Of a stretch of DNA of 64,000 nt, positions 21,806-32,125 are shown in pieces (position 1 is the stretch's first letter; each line of letters opens with the position of its first letter). Both the position numbers and the translations under genes were made by a program. Source of the stretch: Tubiluchus corallicola (taxonomy: Eukaryota; Animalia; Priapulida). The stretch covers positions 1-64,000 of the forward strand of contig JAQGDQ010002389.1 in assembly GCA_030141605.1 (NCBI GenBank). The letters are read 5' to 3'. The notes below the pieces were generated by a model. The model was given only the letters and a program-made list of their open reading frames with translations, was not told the origin of the DNA and searched no databases.

Positions 21806-22888
21806 TTAATTGACATCATCAAAAAAAAGAATCGCTTCTATCTTATTTTGGGAAGGATCTTTTTGTGTACCACTACAAGGTAATATATTAGTAGTTTCTT
21901 TTGTTATATCAAAAAAAGCTCTGCAGCCCCACAATTTACTTTTTCCACGCTCTATTTGTACATTTCCTGTTAATGTGATACTGTCTTCATAAATATTATA
22001 TGTTCCATAATCCGCAAAAATTATTTCTGCCGGAGAAACAATCTTAACATTATCAGAAACCTCAAAACGATGAATAGAAAATTGATCTTCCAATAAAGCA
22101 GGATCCGCAAAAGCTTGTAAATTGTCCGCGTAAAGTTCGTAAAGTTTATCATCCGCTTTTATATGATGGATTGCTTTTACATGGCCGGATAAAGTAATGA
22201 TGCCTTTTTCAATATCATATTTTCCCTGATCCGCCCAAAGAATCTTCTCTGATTCCGTCTCTTTGGAAACAATCTTAACATTATCAATAGCGTCAAAACG
22301 ATAAAATGAACGACCTTCTGTATTTGAATGGGAAAAAGCCTTCATTTCATCAGCGTAAAGAGTATAATCCTTACTATCAAGAGACGTTTTTCCCGTTGCT
22401 GTAATCACCCCTAAAGCACCATCATAAAATAAATGTTCTTCTGATTCCAAGCGCGCCATATCTGTCTCATAATAAATACCCGGCCCCTTAAGCTCCAGAG
22501 TATCATTCCCAATATGATACTCTCCCCAACTCGCTCCGGCTTGCTTGTCAGGATTGTCAAAAAAAACATCCTCTTCAGCGACTAATCGTGAAATCGCTAT
22601 CTTCCCGTCAGAAGCTCTCTCATACCAAACCGTTAAAAGAGAGGCTTGGATTTTACTGTCAGTAGATTCTATGATCGCATTGCCGCGTGCAATAAAAAAA
22701 TTCTCATTGCGCCGCCATTCAATACCATTATCCGCTGAAATGTTGATCGGAGAGTGAAACTGCTGGGGAAACATTTCAAAACTATAAGCTGGAAAAGGAA
22801 AGAAAAAAAATAAAACCGCAGAAGAAAAAAAACCTCCAAAAATAAAATATAAATAATTCATCTTATTTTCTAAAGCGGAAAAATACAT
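21806..22888 (-). CDS. lptA: LptA/OstA family periplasmic LPS bridge protein with repeated beta-jellyroll units
   Basis: Signal peptide, PINISADNGIEW, ARGNAII, ITLTGNVQIERG; lies between lptC and lptB. Confidence 0.82.
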   Translation of the reverse strand: MYFSALENKMNYLYFIFGGFFSSAVLFFFFPFPAYSFEMFPQQFHSPINISADNGIEWRRNENFFIARGNAIIESTDSKIQASLLTVWYERASDGKIAISRLVAEEDVFFDNPDKQAGASWGEYHIGNDTLELKGPGIYYETDMARLESEEHLFYDGALGVITATGKTSLDSKDYTLYADEMKAFSHSNTEGRSFYRFDAIDNVKIVSKETESEKILWADQGKYDIEKGIITLSGHVKAIHHIKADDKLYELYADNLQAFADPALLEDQFSIHRFEVSDNVKIVSPAEIIFADYGTYNIYEDSITLTGNVQIERGKSKLWGCRAFFDITKETTNILPCSGTQKDPSQNKIEAILFFDDVN

Positions 22889-22903
22889 TTTGCTATTACC
22901 TAC

Positions 22904-23539
22904 CTACTCTTCATCATCAGGAAGGTTAATAGAAATTTTACTTCGGCCTAAAAGGTGAATATTATCCCCATTTTCAGTAATGTGAACACCTTCACCGTCC
23001 ATGCTGCCAATGCTGCTTTCACCAAGAACAGGCCTATTGCTAATGGCTTCACCGTCTTCGACAACAATAGAGGCTTCCTCTGTAAAAATAGAGTAGGGGG
23101 TTTCAACAGTTTCATAAAGAAGATTAACACTTCCCTTTAAATTTAAAACCTCATTGTCTTTATCATAAGTTCCTTCATTGCTTTTTAAAGAAACACGCTG
23201 GCCATTTTGAATCAATATATCCGCCTGAGGCTGAGAGAGCTCCATATCCTGGTCAGAATCACGAGAAAAATTGTGAACAAGATCAGCCTGAATTTTATAA
23301 TTATCCCCGTTATCTCTGCTACTGTCATACTCAGGATTGACCATTGTATGATCATAAGCCGTGTGTATCATCTTGCTGAATTGCTCATAAAGCTTTATTG
23401 AATTTCCCTGTCCATGAATCCAAGGCCATAAAAATATAAGAAAAAAAGAGCCTATAGCACTGAAAAATAAAAATGCCTTAAGAAAAAAAACAAAATGACG
23501 ATGCCAATAAAGTGTTTTCTGTAGCGCGCATATTTGCAT
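22904..23539 (-). CDS. lptC: LPS export protein LptC
   Basis: Single N-terminal TM, MVNPEY, LSQPQADI, GTYD..NEVLNLKGSVNL; operon position. Confidence 0.82.
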   Translation of the reverse strand: MQICALQKTLYWHRHFVFFLKAFLFFSAIGSFFLIFLWPWIHGQGNSIKLYEQFSKMIHTAYDHTMVNPEYDSSRDNGDNYKIQADLVHNFSRDSDQDMELSQPQADILIQNGQRVSLKSNEGTYDKDNEVLNLKGSVNLLYETVETPYSIFTEEASIVVEDGEAISNRPVLGESSIGSMDGEGVHITENGDNIHLLGRSKISINLPDDEE

Positions 23540-23587
23540 AGATAATAAAGCCTGTATATCTTAAAATAATACCCCTCTATAAGAGTA

Positions 23588-24550
23588 TTACATAATTCCT
23601 GCTCTTAGACAATCATGAACATGTAAAATTCCCTCGGGAATACCTTTCTCATCAACAACAAAAATATTGGTAATTCCAGCCGTATTCATTATATTCAGCG
23701 CTTCTCCGGCCAAAGTATCCCGAGTCACTTTATAGGACGCTGACGTCATAATATCTTTAACAAGCCTCTCCAGCAAATCTGAAGCCATGTGGCGCCTTAG
23801 ATCCCCATCCGTAATAACGCCTGTAAGCTGCCCATTTTTATTGATAATACCAATACAGCCAAATCCCTTTTCCGACATGGTTAATATCGCATCCGCCATA
23901 AAAGTCTCCTCCTTTACCAAAGGAAGAGATGAGCCTGTATGCATCAAGTTAGAAACACGCTTAAAACGGCTTCCTAAAAGACCTCCGGGGTGAAACACAT
24001 GGAAATCTTCCGCAGAAAATCCTCGTTTTTCTAAAAGCGTGATCGCTAAAGCATCTCCTAACGCTAAGGTCGCTGTAGTCGATGTCGTGGGCGCCAAGCC
24101 TAATGAACACGCTTCAGGAGAGTTCGGAAGCTGCAGACAAACAGAGGAAGCTTCCCCAAGAGGGCTTTGAAGAGAAGAAGTGATCGCAATCAAAGGAATT
24201 GAAAAACGACGGCTGTAACTGATGACATTTAATAATTCCGGATTCTTTCCAGAATTAGAAATAACAATAAGCGTATCCTGCGGCGTAATCATCCCTAAAT
24301 CACCATGGCTGGCTTCGTTAGGATGAACGAAAAAAGAAGAGGTTCCCGTAGAAGATAAAGTTGCTGCAATTTTACTGCCAATATGACCTGACTTTCCAAC
24401 GCCACAAACAATTACTTTCCCGCGTGTCTCATAAAGAATATCCAGCGCCTGGATAAAAGAATCGTCCAGGTGACTCATCAAACATTTTAATCCATGAATC
24501 TCCGCTTGTAATACATTGCGAGCCACCCTTAGCATTTCTTGTTCCGTCAT
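23588..24550 (-). CDS. kdsD: Arabinose-5-phosphate isomerase (KdsD/GutQ; SIS plus CBS domains)
   Basis: GVGKSGHIG, HPNEASHGDLG, APTTSTT, FHPGG.LG, ITDGDLRR. Confidence 0.95.
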   Translation of the reverse strand: MTEQEMLRVARNVLQAEIHGLKCLMSHLDDSFIQALDILYETRGKVIVCGVGKSGHIGSKIAATLSSTGTSSFFVHPNEASHGDLGMITPQDTLIVISNSGKNPELLNVISYSRRFSIPLIAITSSLQSPLGEASSVCLQLPNSPEACSLGLAPTTSTTATLALGDALAITLLEKRGFSAEDFHVFHPGGLLGSRFKRVSNLMHTGSSLPLVKEETFMADAILTMSEKGFGCIGIINKNGQLTGVITDGDLRRHMASDLLERLVKDIMTSASYKVTRDTLAGEALNIMNTAGITNIFVVDEKGIPEGILHVHDCLRAGIM

Positions 24551-24597
24551 TAACTGCCTACTCCTCTAATCTTACTATAAAAGCTTAAACTTTATCA

Positions 24598-25212
24598 TTA
24601 AGTATTTCTTTCTTTATCTTCTACAGAAGAAGGCTTTTCAATCTGGCGAACCTCTTTAATTTCCGGAATATAATGTTTTAAAAGATTCTCAACACCATGT
24701 TTTAAAGTTATTCCCGCAGAAGGACAGCCAGCACAGGCCCCCAAAAGCTCAAGATAAACAATACCTTCCTTGAAATCATGAAAAACAATCTGACCGCCAT
24801 CCTGCTCAATAAAAGGGCGAATCCGCGTGTCGATTAATTCCTGAATATACGCTATGGTCTCTTCTGTATAAGAAGAAGACTCATTGGAAGAGGGGGAGAA
24901 GTCCTCTTCATGAGTAATCGTTTCACCCGATTGAAAATAGTCTGTCAAAATAGCAATCACCAGAGGAGTTGTAAGTTCCCAATCGCTATGATCTGATAAG
25001 GTAACTATAATAAAATTAGGATTGAAAGAAATATTTTCAACCCCCTTGAGAGAAAATAAAGCCACAGCAAGAGGCGTGTTGGCAGCAGAATCCTTGTCCG
25101 GAAAATTCATTGGTTGAACCTTTTCGGAAAAAAGAGGCTCCTGTGGTATAAATTTAAGTGTAGAAGGGTTCTGGGTTTTTTCAATTTGAATAAACATTAA
25201 GCGATCTTTCAC
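24598..25212 (-). CDS. NifU/Nfu1-like Fe-S cluster carrier
   Basis: FIQIEKTQNPSTLKF, IRPFIEQDGG, GACAGCPS..TLKHGVENLL. Confidence 0.9.
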   Translation of the reverse strand: MKDRLMFIQIEKTQNPSTLKFIPQEPLFSEKVQPMNFPDKDSAANTPLAVALFSLKGVENISFNPNFIIVTLSDHSDWELTTPLVIAILTDYFQSGETITHEEDFSPSSNESSSYTEETIAYIQELIDTRIRPFIEQDGGQIVFHDFKEGIVYLELLGACAGCPSAGITLKHGVENLLKHYIPEIKEVRQIEKPSSVEDKERNT

Positions 25213-25255
25213 ATCATATTTCTAAGTCAAACAAAAGAATGTATATTAGATAATC

Positions 25256-26266
25256 TTACCTTAAGGATTTTCTCTCCAGAAAGCCAACTGTTTTTTCAAT
25301 CTCTTCCAAAATAGGTTGCGCAATTTCTTCTGCTCTTTCTGCTCCCTGCGATAAAAGACCGTCTAAATAATCTGTATCTGTTGAAAGCTTATCCATCTCT
25401 CTGCGAATAGGATCAATATGTTCGATAAGAAGATCAACAAGAGCCTGCTTAAATGTAGAAAATTGCCCCCCAGAAAATTGATCACAAATCGCTCCTAAAG
25501 AAGCTCCAGAAAGAGAAGCGTAAATCGTTGCCAGATTAAGCGCTTCAGAGCGATCTTTAAACGCTTCTTCAGAGTGAGGAAAAGGAAGAGAATCTGTCTT
25601 GGCTTTTTTTATTTTCTGCTCAATGATATCAGGAGTATCTGTAAGATTAATACGTGAAAAATCAGAAGAATCCGATTTACTCATCTTCTTGCTGCCATCC
25701 CGCAGAGACATAACGCGGCTGGCTTTCCCCAGAATTAATGGCTCTGGAATAGGGAAAAAACTATCTTGAAAATCATGGTTGAATTTCTGAGCGATATCGC
25801 GCGCAAGCTCTAAATGTTGCTTCTGATCCTCCCCAACCGGAACATGCGTCGCTTTGTAAAGAAGAATATCAGACGCCATAAGAACAGGATAAGTGTAAAG
25901 ACCAAGAGAAACTCTTTCTCTATTTTTACCCGCCTTATCCTTAAATTGTGTCATCCTATTAAGCCAACCAATACGAACAATACACTCTAAAATCCATACC
26001 AAACTTCTATGCTGCGGAACATGACTTTGAACAAAAAGAATATGTTCCTTAGGATTGATACCCGCTGCTATCAGGCAAGCCGCAACTTCTCGAGTGTTCC
26101 TAAGGAGCTCACCAGGCTCCTGCCATACAGTCAACGCATGAAGATCAACAATGCAAAAAAGGCAATTGGTCTCTTGCTGAAGACTTTCCCAATTGCGAAT
26201 AGCGCCTAAATAATTGCCTAAATGTAAATTACCCGTCGGTTGAATTCCTGAAAACACTCTTCTCAT
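25256..26266 (-). CDS. trpS: Tryptophan--tRNA ligase
   Basis: [29 protein letters not shown]. Confidence 0.98.
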   Translation of the reverse strand: MRRVFSGIQPTGNLHLGNYLGAIRNWESLQQETNCLFCIVDLHALTVWQEPGELLRNTREVAACLIAAGINPKEHILFVQSHVPQHRSLVWILECIVRIGWLNRMTQFKDKAGKNRERVSLGLYTYPVLMASDILLYKATHVPVGEDQKQHLELARDIAQKFNHDFQDSFFPIPEPLILGKASRVMSLRDGSKKMSKSDSSDFSRINLTDTPDIIEQKIKKAKTDSLPFPHSEEAFKDRSEALNLATIYASLSGASLGAICDQFSGGQFSTFKQALVDLLIEHIDPIRREMDKLSTDTDYLDGLLSQGAERAEEIAQPILEEIEKTVGFLERKSLR

Positions 26267-26361
26267 GGCTTTTTTCTTATACTCCTGCTTGTTGAAAATA
26301 ATAAACGCAATCGGATGATAGTATACTCGTTTGGCTCTTAGAAAACGAGTAATAATATTTT

Positions 26362-27912
26362 TTAAGACCTTTTCTTTTTTAAGAACCCCCTCACATCAAA
26401 TGCCTTTGTCATAAAAATAGTCGCTACCCATATGATAGCTGCACAGGAAATTAATCCAAAAAGCCATGAAAAACGTACAACAGAAGAATGATGAGAGAGA
26501 TAAGAAACACTATAAGGCAAAACAGAAAAAAGGAAGAGCCCCATCAAAATTGTCGAGAAAAAAGATTTTCCTAAGCGAGACAATAAAAGAGAATCTGGGA
26601 AAAAATGGCCCCGCTTATAAAGAATAATAACAGCAATAAGCGTTTGCGCAGAAATAGAAAATGTCGTCGCTAAAGCAATTCCGCTATGGCCAAGAGGATG
26701 AATAAGAATTAAGTTTAATAAAAGATTAAGGAACATGCAGGCAACAGAAATCTTTGCAGGAGTTGCTGTATCTCCTCTCGCAAAAAAACCAGGTAAAAGA
26801 GATTTAAGAAAAATAGCAGATGGCAGTCCTAAAGCATACATGGCAAGAGCCATCGAGGTTGCCTTCGCATGTACAGATGTAAATTCACCATGCTCAAATA
26901 ACACTTTAATAATCGGCTCGCTTAATATTATCAAACCGGCCGCAGCCGGTAAAGAAATACAAACAGCAAACTCAATTAGGCGGTTTTGCGCATAAAGGAT
27001 ATCTTTCAGCGGCTTTGAGCTGTAAATCTGTTGCGATAATATCGGAAGAAGAACCGTTCCCATAGCAACACCAATAACTCCTAACGGAAGCTGGTTGAGC
27101 CTATCAGCAAAATATAAGAAGGAAATAGAACCAGACGGTAAAAAAGAAGCAATAGCCGTGTCAATAATAAGGTTAAGCTGGTAAACACCTGCTCCCAGAA
27201 GAACAGGGATCATCCTCTTAAAAAGTAAAACAATATCCGGTGTTATAGACGGTTTTGAAAAAATAGGAAAAAATCCCATCCTATAACAATTAAACGCCAT
27301 CCATGATAATTGGATGAATCCCGCAAGGCTGATTCCAAAAGCTAGACCGTGCCCAGCTGTTTTGGAAAAAGGAGGAAAAAAAAGCAATGCGCCAATTAAA
27401 CATAAATTCAAAAGAACAGGCGATAGCGCAGCTGCGGCAAAATAACCGCGCGTGTTTAAAATACCCCCCAGTAAAGACGCTAGCGAAATCATCAGAAGAT
27501 ACGGAAAAGATAAGCGACTCATCTCTACTGCAGCTTGCATACGTTCGGGATCTCCCATGGGAAATCCCGGCGCAATAATGGAAACAACCCAGGGCATAAA
27601 AATTTCCGCTAATGCAACAACACATAAAACCACTAAGCATAAAAAAGTTAACGCCTTGCCAGCAAATGATAAAGAATCTTTCTCTCCTCTTTTTTCAGTA
27701 ATCTCAGAAAAAAGAGGAACAAACGCGGGTGTAAAAGACCCTTCTGCGAATAATCGACGAAATAAATTCGGGATTCGAAAAGATACAAAAAAAGCATCCG
27801 CAATAAAAGTAGCACCCAAAAAAGAAGCAATAAGAACATCCCGTATAAAGCCAAAAAAACGACTTAATAAGGTAAAACTACTCACAGTAGCAAAAGCTTT
27901 TAAAGGTTTCAT
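26362..27912 (-). CDS. murJ: Lipid II flippase
   Basis: [35 protein letters not shown]. Confidence 0.96.
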   Translation of the reverse strand: MKPLKAFATVSSFTLLSRFFGFIRDVLIASFLGATFIADAFFVSFRIPNLFRRLFAEGSFTPAFVPLFSEITEKRGEKDSLSFAGKALTFLCLVVLCVVALAEIFMPWVVSIIAPGFPMGDPERMQAAVEMSRLSFPYLLMISLASLLGGILNTRGYFAAAALSPVLLNLCLIGALLFFPPFSKTAGHGLAFGISLAGFIQLSWMAFNCYRMGFFPIFSKPSITPDIVLLFKRMIPVLLGAGVYQLNLIIDTAIASFLPSGSISFLYFADRLNQLPLGVIGVAMGTVLLPILSQQIYSSKPLKDILYAQNRLIEFAVCISLPAAAGLIILSEPIIKVLFEHGEFTSVHAKATSMALAMYALGLPSAIFLKSLLPGFFARGDTATPAKISVACMFLNLLLNLILIHPLGHSGIALATTFSISAQTLIAVIILYKRGHFFPDSLLLSRLGKSFFSTILMGLFLFSVLPYSVSYLSHHSSVVRFSWLFGLISCAAIIWVATIFMTKAFDVRGFLKKKRS

Positions 27913-27957
27913 TGGCTTAAAATAACTCTCTATCCGATTTCTAAAATGCTGCTTTAC

Positions 27958-28716
27958 TTATACAATTTTTTCGCTTTTCCACAAAGATAAAGTGTGCAAT
28001 AAAGACTCTTTATTATGCCCTTCTATAATATAATTCCCTCTCCATGATATATCTTGTAAAACAGAATAGATTTTTTGGCTTAAACAAATAATCGACAGAG
28101 AGGTAGAATAGGATTGTAATTTCGACTGGAGAAAAAGAGACTTCCATATTTCCGCCGTGCGCGTTGAGTAAAAAAGAACAGAAATAAACTTTTCAGACTG
28201 CACAAGAGCAGAGAAATCAGAAGAAAAAGAGCAAGAAGAAATCGTGCGATACATACGATGATATCGATAAGAAATAGCGTGCGTTGAAAAATAAGCAAGA
28301 GGATTTCCTGTAATATGATAACCACATAGATGAAGAAGAATAGGGGAGGGAATTGGCTTTAAAAAATCTGAAATTTTCTGCAAAAGCATATCCTGATCAC
28401 CCCCCCCTTCAAAAACAAGCTTAAATCCATACGCAGCCGCCGCAGCCGCAGTCGCGCTGCTAACAGCAAAAACAGGAAGAGAAACAAGATGCCTTTTCTC
28501 TTCAGGAGAAAGCAACGCTTTTTGTAAAGCCCCCACCGTATGACGGCTTGTGATCATCAGCGCATCAATTGATAACAGAGAAGGAAAAGGAGCGCCAATA
28601 TAGCGTATTTTCATCATAGGCTCTAAAATTGTTTCATAGCCGGCTTTCTCTAAAAAAGAAGAGAGTATCCTGCCATCTTCAATCGGGCGAGTGATAATTA
28701 CGAATCGAGCTTTCAC
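27958..28716 (-). CDS. hemD: Uroporphyrinogen-III synthase (divergent)
   Basis: IITRP, ITSR, FAVSSATA, FYSTRTA; directly after hemC. Confidence 0.82.
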   Translation of the reverse strand: MKARFVIITRPIEDGRILSSFLEKAGYETILEPMMKIRYIGAPFPSLLSIDALMITSRHTVGALQKALLSPEEKRHLVSLPVFAVSSATAAAAAAYGFKLVFEGGGDQDMLLQKISDFLKPIPSPILLHLCGYHITGNPLAYFSTHAISYRYHRMYRTISSCSFSSDFSALVQSEKFISVLFYSTRTAEIWKSLFLQSKLQSYSTSLSIICLSQKIYSVLQDISWRGNYIIEGHNKESLLHTLSLWKSEKIV

Positions 28717-28718
28717 AA

Positions 28719-29678
28719 TTATACCTCTCCTTGATAGGCAGGTAAAAGAGAAGAGGGAGCTTCTTTCTTGATCTCCCGCGCTGACTCAATCGCGACATGA
28801 AGCGACTCTTTTAAAGAGCAAAAACGCTCAACTCTGAAAATATTTTTTCCATATTCATCCGATAAAAAAGCTTGGAAATGAATTTCCTCCCCCTTATAAC
28901 AAGCAAAAGCCCCTAAAGGAGTACTACAGGATCCTTCCATTTCTTGAATAAAAGCACGCTCCATTAAAACACAAGAAGCCGTCTTTTCATCATGCAGCAC
29001 AGAGAAAAAACGCTCTATATCAGCAGTAGCATGGCAACGGCAGGTAATCGCAAGAGCTCCCTGACCGGCAGATGGAATAAAATCTTCTACCGCTAAAGGA
29101 AGCGTGGTAAACTTTAAATCTAAATTCAGGCGCTTTATTCCAGCGCACGCCAGAACAATAGCATCATACTGCTCGGCTTTTAGTTTTTCTAAGCGACTGT
29201 TAATATTGCCCCTTAAAGGAATGATTTTCAGATCAGGGCGCTGCGATAATAACAAAGCTTTACGGCGTAAAGATGTCGTGCCAATAATGCTCCCGTCAGG
29301 AAGATCAAAAAGAGTCTCTATAGCATGCTGAGAAATAAGAGCATCACGTGCATCATCTCGACGAAGAATAGAGCAGATTTTTATTCCCTTTGGTAAAATT
29401 GGAGGAATATCCTTTAAAGAATTCACGCCAACATCAATCTCTCCTGCCAATAAAGACTCATCGATTTCCTTGGTAAATAACGCTTTTCCACCAATATCAA
29501 ATAACGGTCTATCTGTAATTATATCCCCTGTTGTTTTAATAAAGCTGATTGGTAAAGAATCTTCATGAGAAAGGCAGGACCATCGCTCACGAAGTTGATT
29601 GATAACTATTGAGGTCTGCGCGACCGCTAAAGCACTTCCACGAGTCCCAACGCGGATAAGGGGGCTTTCTTTATTCAT
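28719..29678 (-). CDS. hemC: Hydroxymethylbilane synthase
   Basis: GTRGSALA, GGKALFTKEI, SLKDIP, LRGNINSRL, EGSCSTPLG. Confidence 0.96.
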   Translation of the reverse strand: MNKESPLIRVGTRGSALAVAQTSIVINQLRERWSCLSHEDSLPISFIKTTGDIITDRPLFDIGGKALFTKEIDESLLAGEIDVGVNSLKDIPPILPKGIKICSILRRDDARDALISQHAIETLFDLPDGSIIGTTSLRRKALLLSQRPDLKIIPLRGNINSRLEKLKAEQYDAIVLACAGIKRLNLDLKFTTLPLAVEDFIPSAGQGALAITCRCHATADIERFFSVLHDEKTASCVLMERAFIQEMEGSCSTPLGAFACYKGEEIHFQAFLSDEYGKNIFRVERFCSLKESLHVAIESAREIKKEAPSSLLPAYQGEV

Positions 29679-29834
29679 TAAACTCTCTTTTCATTTGATA
29701 TAGACTCTGATATGGCTTAAAATACACGGGTATATATGCCTACAGAAAATATTTTAACATGAACTCATCATAGCACAAACTATGAGTTGTATGTATAATG
29801 CGTTTTTAATCGAGAAAATAAAGGGATTTTTATT

Positions 29835-30899
29835 GTGCTGATTTTAGGGATCGAATCAAGTTGTGATGAAACAGCCGTTGCTATTATTACACACGAAAAA
29901 AAAATTCTCTCCCATCTCATTCTATCTCAATTTGAAGATCATGAACCTTATGGAGGTGTCGTTCCTGAAATCGCAGCACGTGCTCACCTGCTGCACCTTG
30001 ATCAGCTATTGGAAAAGGCCATAAAACAAGCTAACGTTTCTTTTCAAGACATTGGCATTGTGGCAGCAACCGGAGGACCTGGCCTTATTGGGGGCGTTTT
30101 AAGTGGCGTCATGACAGCAAAAGCCGTAGCGGCTGTCTATAATATCCCTTTCATGGCCATCAACCATTTAGAAGGGCATGCTTTAAGCATACGGCTTGTC
30201 GATGAAACAGTTTCATTTCCCTTTTTACTTCTGCTTGTGTCTGGCGGTCATTGCCAGATCCTCTTAGTGAAAGGCCCAGGGAATTATAAACGTATAGGTA
30301 CAACAATAGATGATTCATTGGGAGAAGCCTTTGATAAAGTAGCCCGTATACTAAGCCTTGGATATCCAGGAGGACCTGCAGTAGAAAAATATGCGCATTA
30401 CGGCAATACAAACGCGTTCCAATTCCCAAGACCCATGAAAGGGAGAAAAAATTGCCACTTTTCTTTCTCCGGGCTGAAAACAGCAGTACGGAGAGAAATT
30501 GAAAATATTAAGCAAGATCCTATTCCTGCACAGACAGTTTATGATATTTGCGCCTCTTTTCAAGCGGCGGCGGCGGAGGTGCTGAAAGATCGATGCATGA
30601 ATGCTCTGAAAGGATGTCAGGAAAATAATGTTCCTATTGATACGCTCGTTATTGCAGGAGGTGTCGCGGCAAATAGATATATCTATGAATATCTTTTACA
30701 GATTCAAAAAGACTATAATATCACTCTGAAAGCGCCTCCTCTTTCCTTATGTACCGATAATGCCGCTATGATCGCTTGGGCAGGATGGGAGCGCTTTCAA
30801 AGTGGAATAAAAGCAACAACACTAGACTTTAAACCTACTGCGCGATGGCCACTGGATCCAGAGGCTTCTCCTGTTTTATTTGCTGGGAAAAAAGCATGA
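29835..30899 (+). CDS. tsaD: tRNA N6-threonylcarbamoyltransferase
   Basis: LGIESSCDET, GGVVPEIAAR, NHLEGH, DDSLGEAFDK, CTDNAAMIA. Confidence 0.97.
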   Translation: MLILGIESSCDETAVAIITHEKKILSHLILSQFEDHEPYGGVVPEIAARAHLLHLDQLLEKAIKQANVSFQDIGIVAATGGPGLIGGVLSGVMTAKAVAAVYNIPFMAINHLEGHALSIRLVDETVSFPFLLLLVSGGHCQILLVKGPGNYKRIGTTIDDSLGEAFDKVARILSLGYPGGPAVEKYAHYGNTNAFQFPRPMKGRKNCHFSFSGLKTAVRREIENIKQDPIPAQTVYDICASFQAAAAEVLKDRCMNALKGCQENNVPIDTLVIAGGVAANRYIYEYLLQIQKDYNITLKAPPLSLCTDNAAMIAWAGWERFQSGIKATTLDFKPTARWPLDPEASPVLFAGKKA

Positions 30900-30989
30900 A
30901 AAACCATAAAAACAATGAGATTTTTATGAAGTCACTTAAAATGATCAACTAAAGGTACTTTAAAAATCAATGATAAAAGCAGAAAGCGG

Positions 30990-31157
30990 TTACTTAATTT
31001 TCGTTTCCTTAAATATAACGTGCTTACGTGCAACCGGATCATACTTGCGAAATTGAAATTTTTCAGTATGGTTACGAGGATTTTTTTTGGTTACATAATA
31101 ATAACCCGTTCCTGCCGTACTCATTAACCTGACTAAAACTGTTGCGGATTTTGCCAT
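30990..31157 (-). CDS. rpmG: 50S ribosomal protein L33 (55 aa, absent from the ORF track)
   Basis: Manual translation: [68 protein letters not shown] promoter lies on the minus strand near 31222-31251. Confidence 0.97.
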   Translation of the reverse strand: MAKSATVLVRLMSTAGTGYYYVTKKNPRNHTEKFQFRKYDPVARKHVIFKETKIK

Positions 31158-31308
31158 GAATCTGACCCTAAAATAGTAATAATGAACACTAGTAAATACT
31201 TAAGATTACCGTACAGACGCTATCCTAAACGTATACTCTTTATGCTGTCAAGAAAAAAATGCAACACCACGCATTAGATAGCTCACCTAAAAAATAACAA
31301 AAAATAGA

Positions 31309-31337
31309 TTGACTTTGAAATAGAACTAAAGTAGAAC
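31309..31337 (+). promoter_or_regulatory. lexA promoter overlapped by an alphaproteobacterial SOS box
   Basis: TTGACT (31309-14), 17 bp, TAGAAC (31332-37); GAAC-TAAAGTA-GAAC at 31323-31337 matches GAAC-N7-GAAC. Confidence 0.8.
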
Positions 31338-31404
31338 ATGTGTATTATATATGTTGTATTTTTATGCGTGTTGGAATACAATCAATGAAATTAAAGGATT
31401 CATA

Positions 31405-32106
31405 ATGCAAGCGTTAACATATCAACAGCATAAGCTTTTGGTTTTTATTTGCCAGTATATTGATGAAAAAAGCATCTCTCCCTCTATGGAAGAAATGAAA
31501 GATCATCTTAAACTTGCTTCAAAATCGACTGTTTATAAATTATTACTCAGCCTTCAAGAAAAAAAATATATTCGTAGGGCTCCTCATAAAGCACGTGCTT
31601 TGGAAGTTCTGAAATATCCTCGTAACTTTAACAATACCTCTTACGCCTCCTCTCAGAAGGCGGTCCGCCCTTGTTCGGCCTCATCTTTTTTCTCTGCTGT
31701 TACAGGAGGCGTAAAGCAATGTATCTATCTTCCTTTATATGGAAAAATTCCCTACGAAACAACTGTGGAATCTTTTCGCAACCATACAACATTTATTGAA
31801 GTTCCAACCTCCATGCTTGACAAAGGAGAATATTACTCCTTTCAAATCGAAGGGAATTTTATGCAAGGCTTTGGCATTTTAGATAATGATATTTTGCTAA
31901 TTAACAAATCAAGAGACTCTAATAATGATGATCTTGTTTTGGCTTTAGTCAATGAAACACAAATTATGTTCAGAAAATACGAGAAGAAAGAAAATATGAT
32001 TTTTTTAAAGTCAGGAAACTCTCCTTTAGGCACACAGGAACTTGCCTTTAATAAAGAAAAGGTTAAGTTACAAGGTGTTTTAACAGGCTTAATCAGGCGC
32101 TATTGA
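31405..32106 (+). CDS. lexA: LexA-family repressor lacking autocleavage residues
   Basis: LTYQQHKLL, SPSMEEMKDHLKLASKS, KARALEV, LPLYGKI, QGVLTGLIRRY align to alphaproteobacterial LexA. Start ATG 31405 follows AAAGGA. Confidence 0.9.
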   Translation: MQALTYQQHKLLVFICQYIDEKSISPSMEEMKDHLKLASKSTVYKLLLSLQEKKYIRRAPHKARALEVLKYPRNFNNTSYASSQKAVRPCSASSFFSAVTGGVKQCIYLPLYGKIPYETTVESFRNHTTFIEVPTSMLDKGEYYSFQIEGNFMQGFGILDNDILLINKSRDSNNDDLVLALVNETQIMFRKYEKKENMIFLKSGNSPLGTQELAFNKEKVKLQGVLTGLIRRY

Positions 32107-32125
32107 CAATAAAAGGATACGCCTT

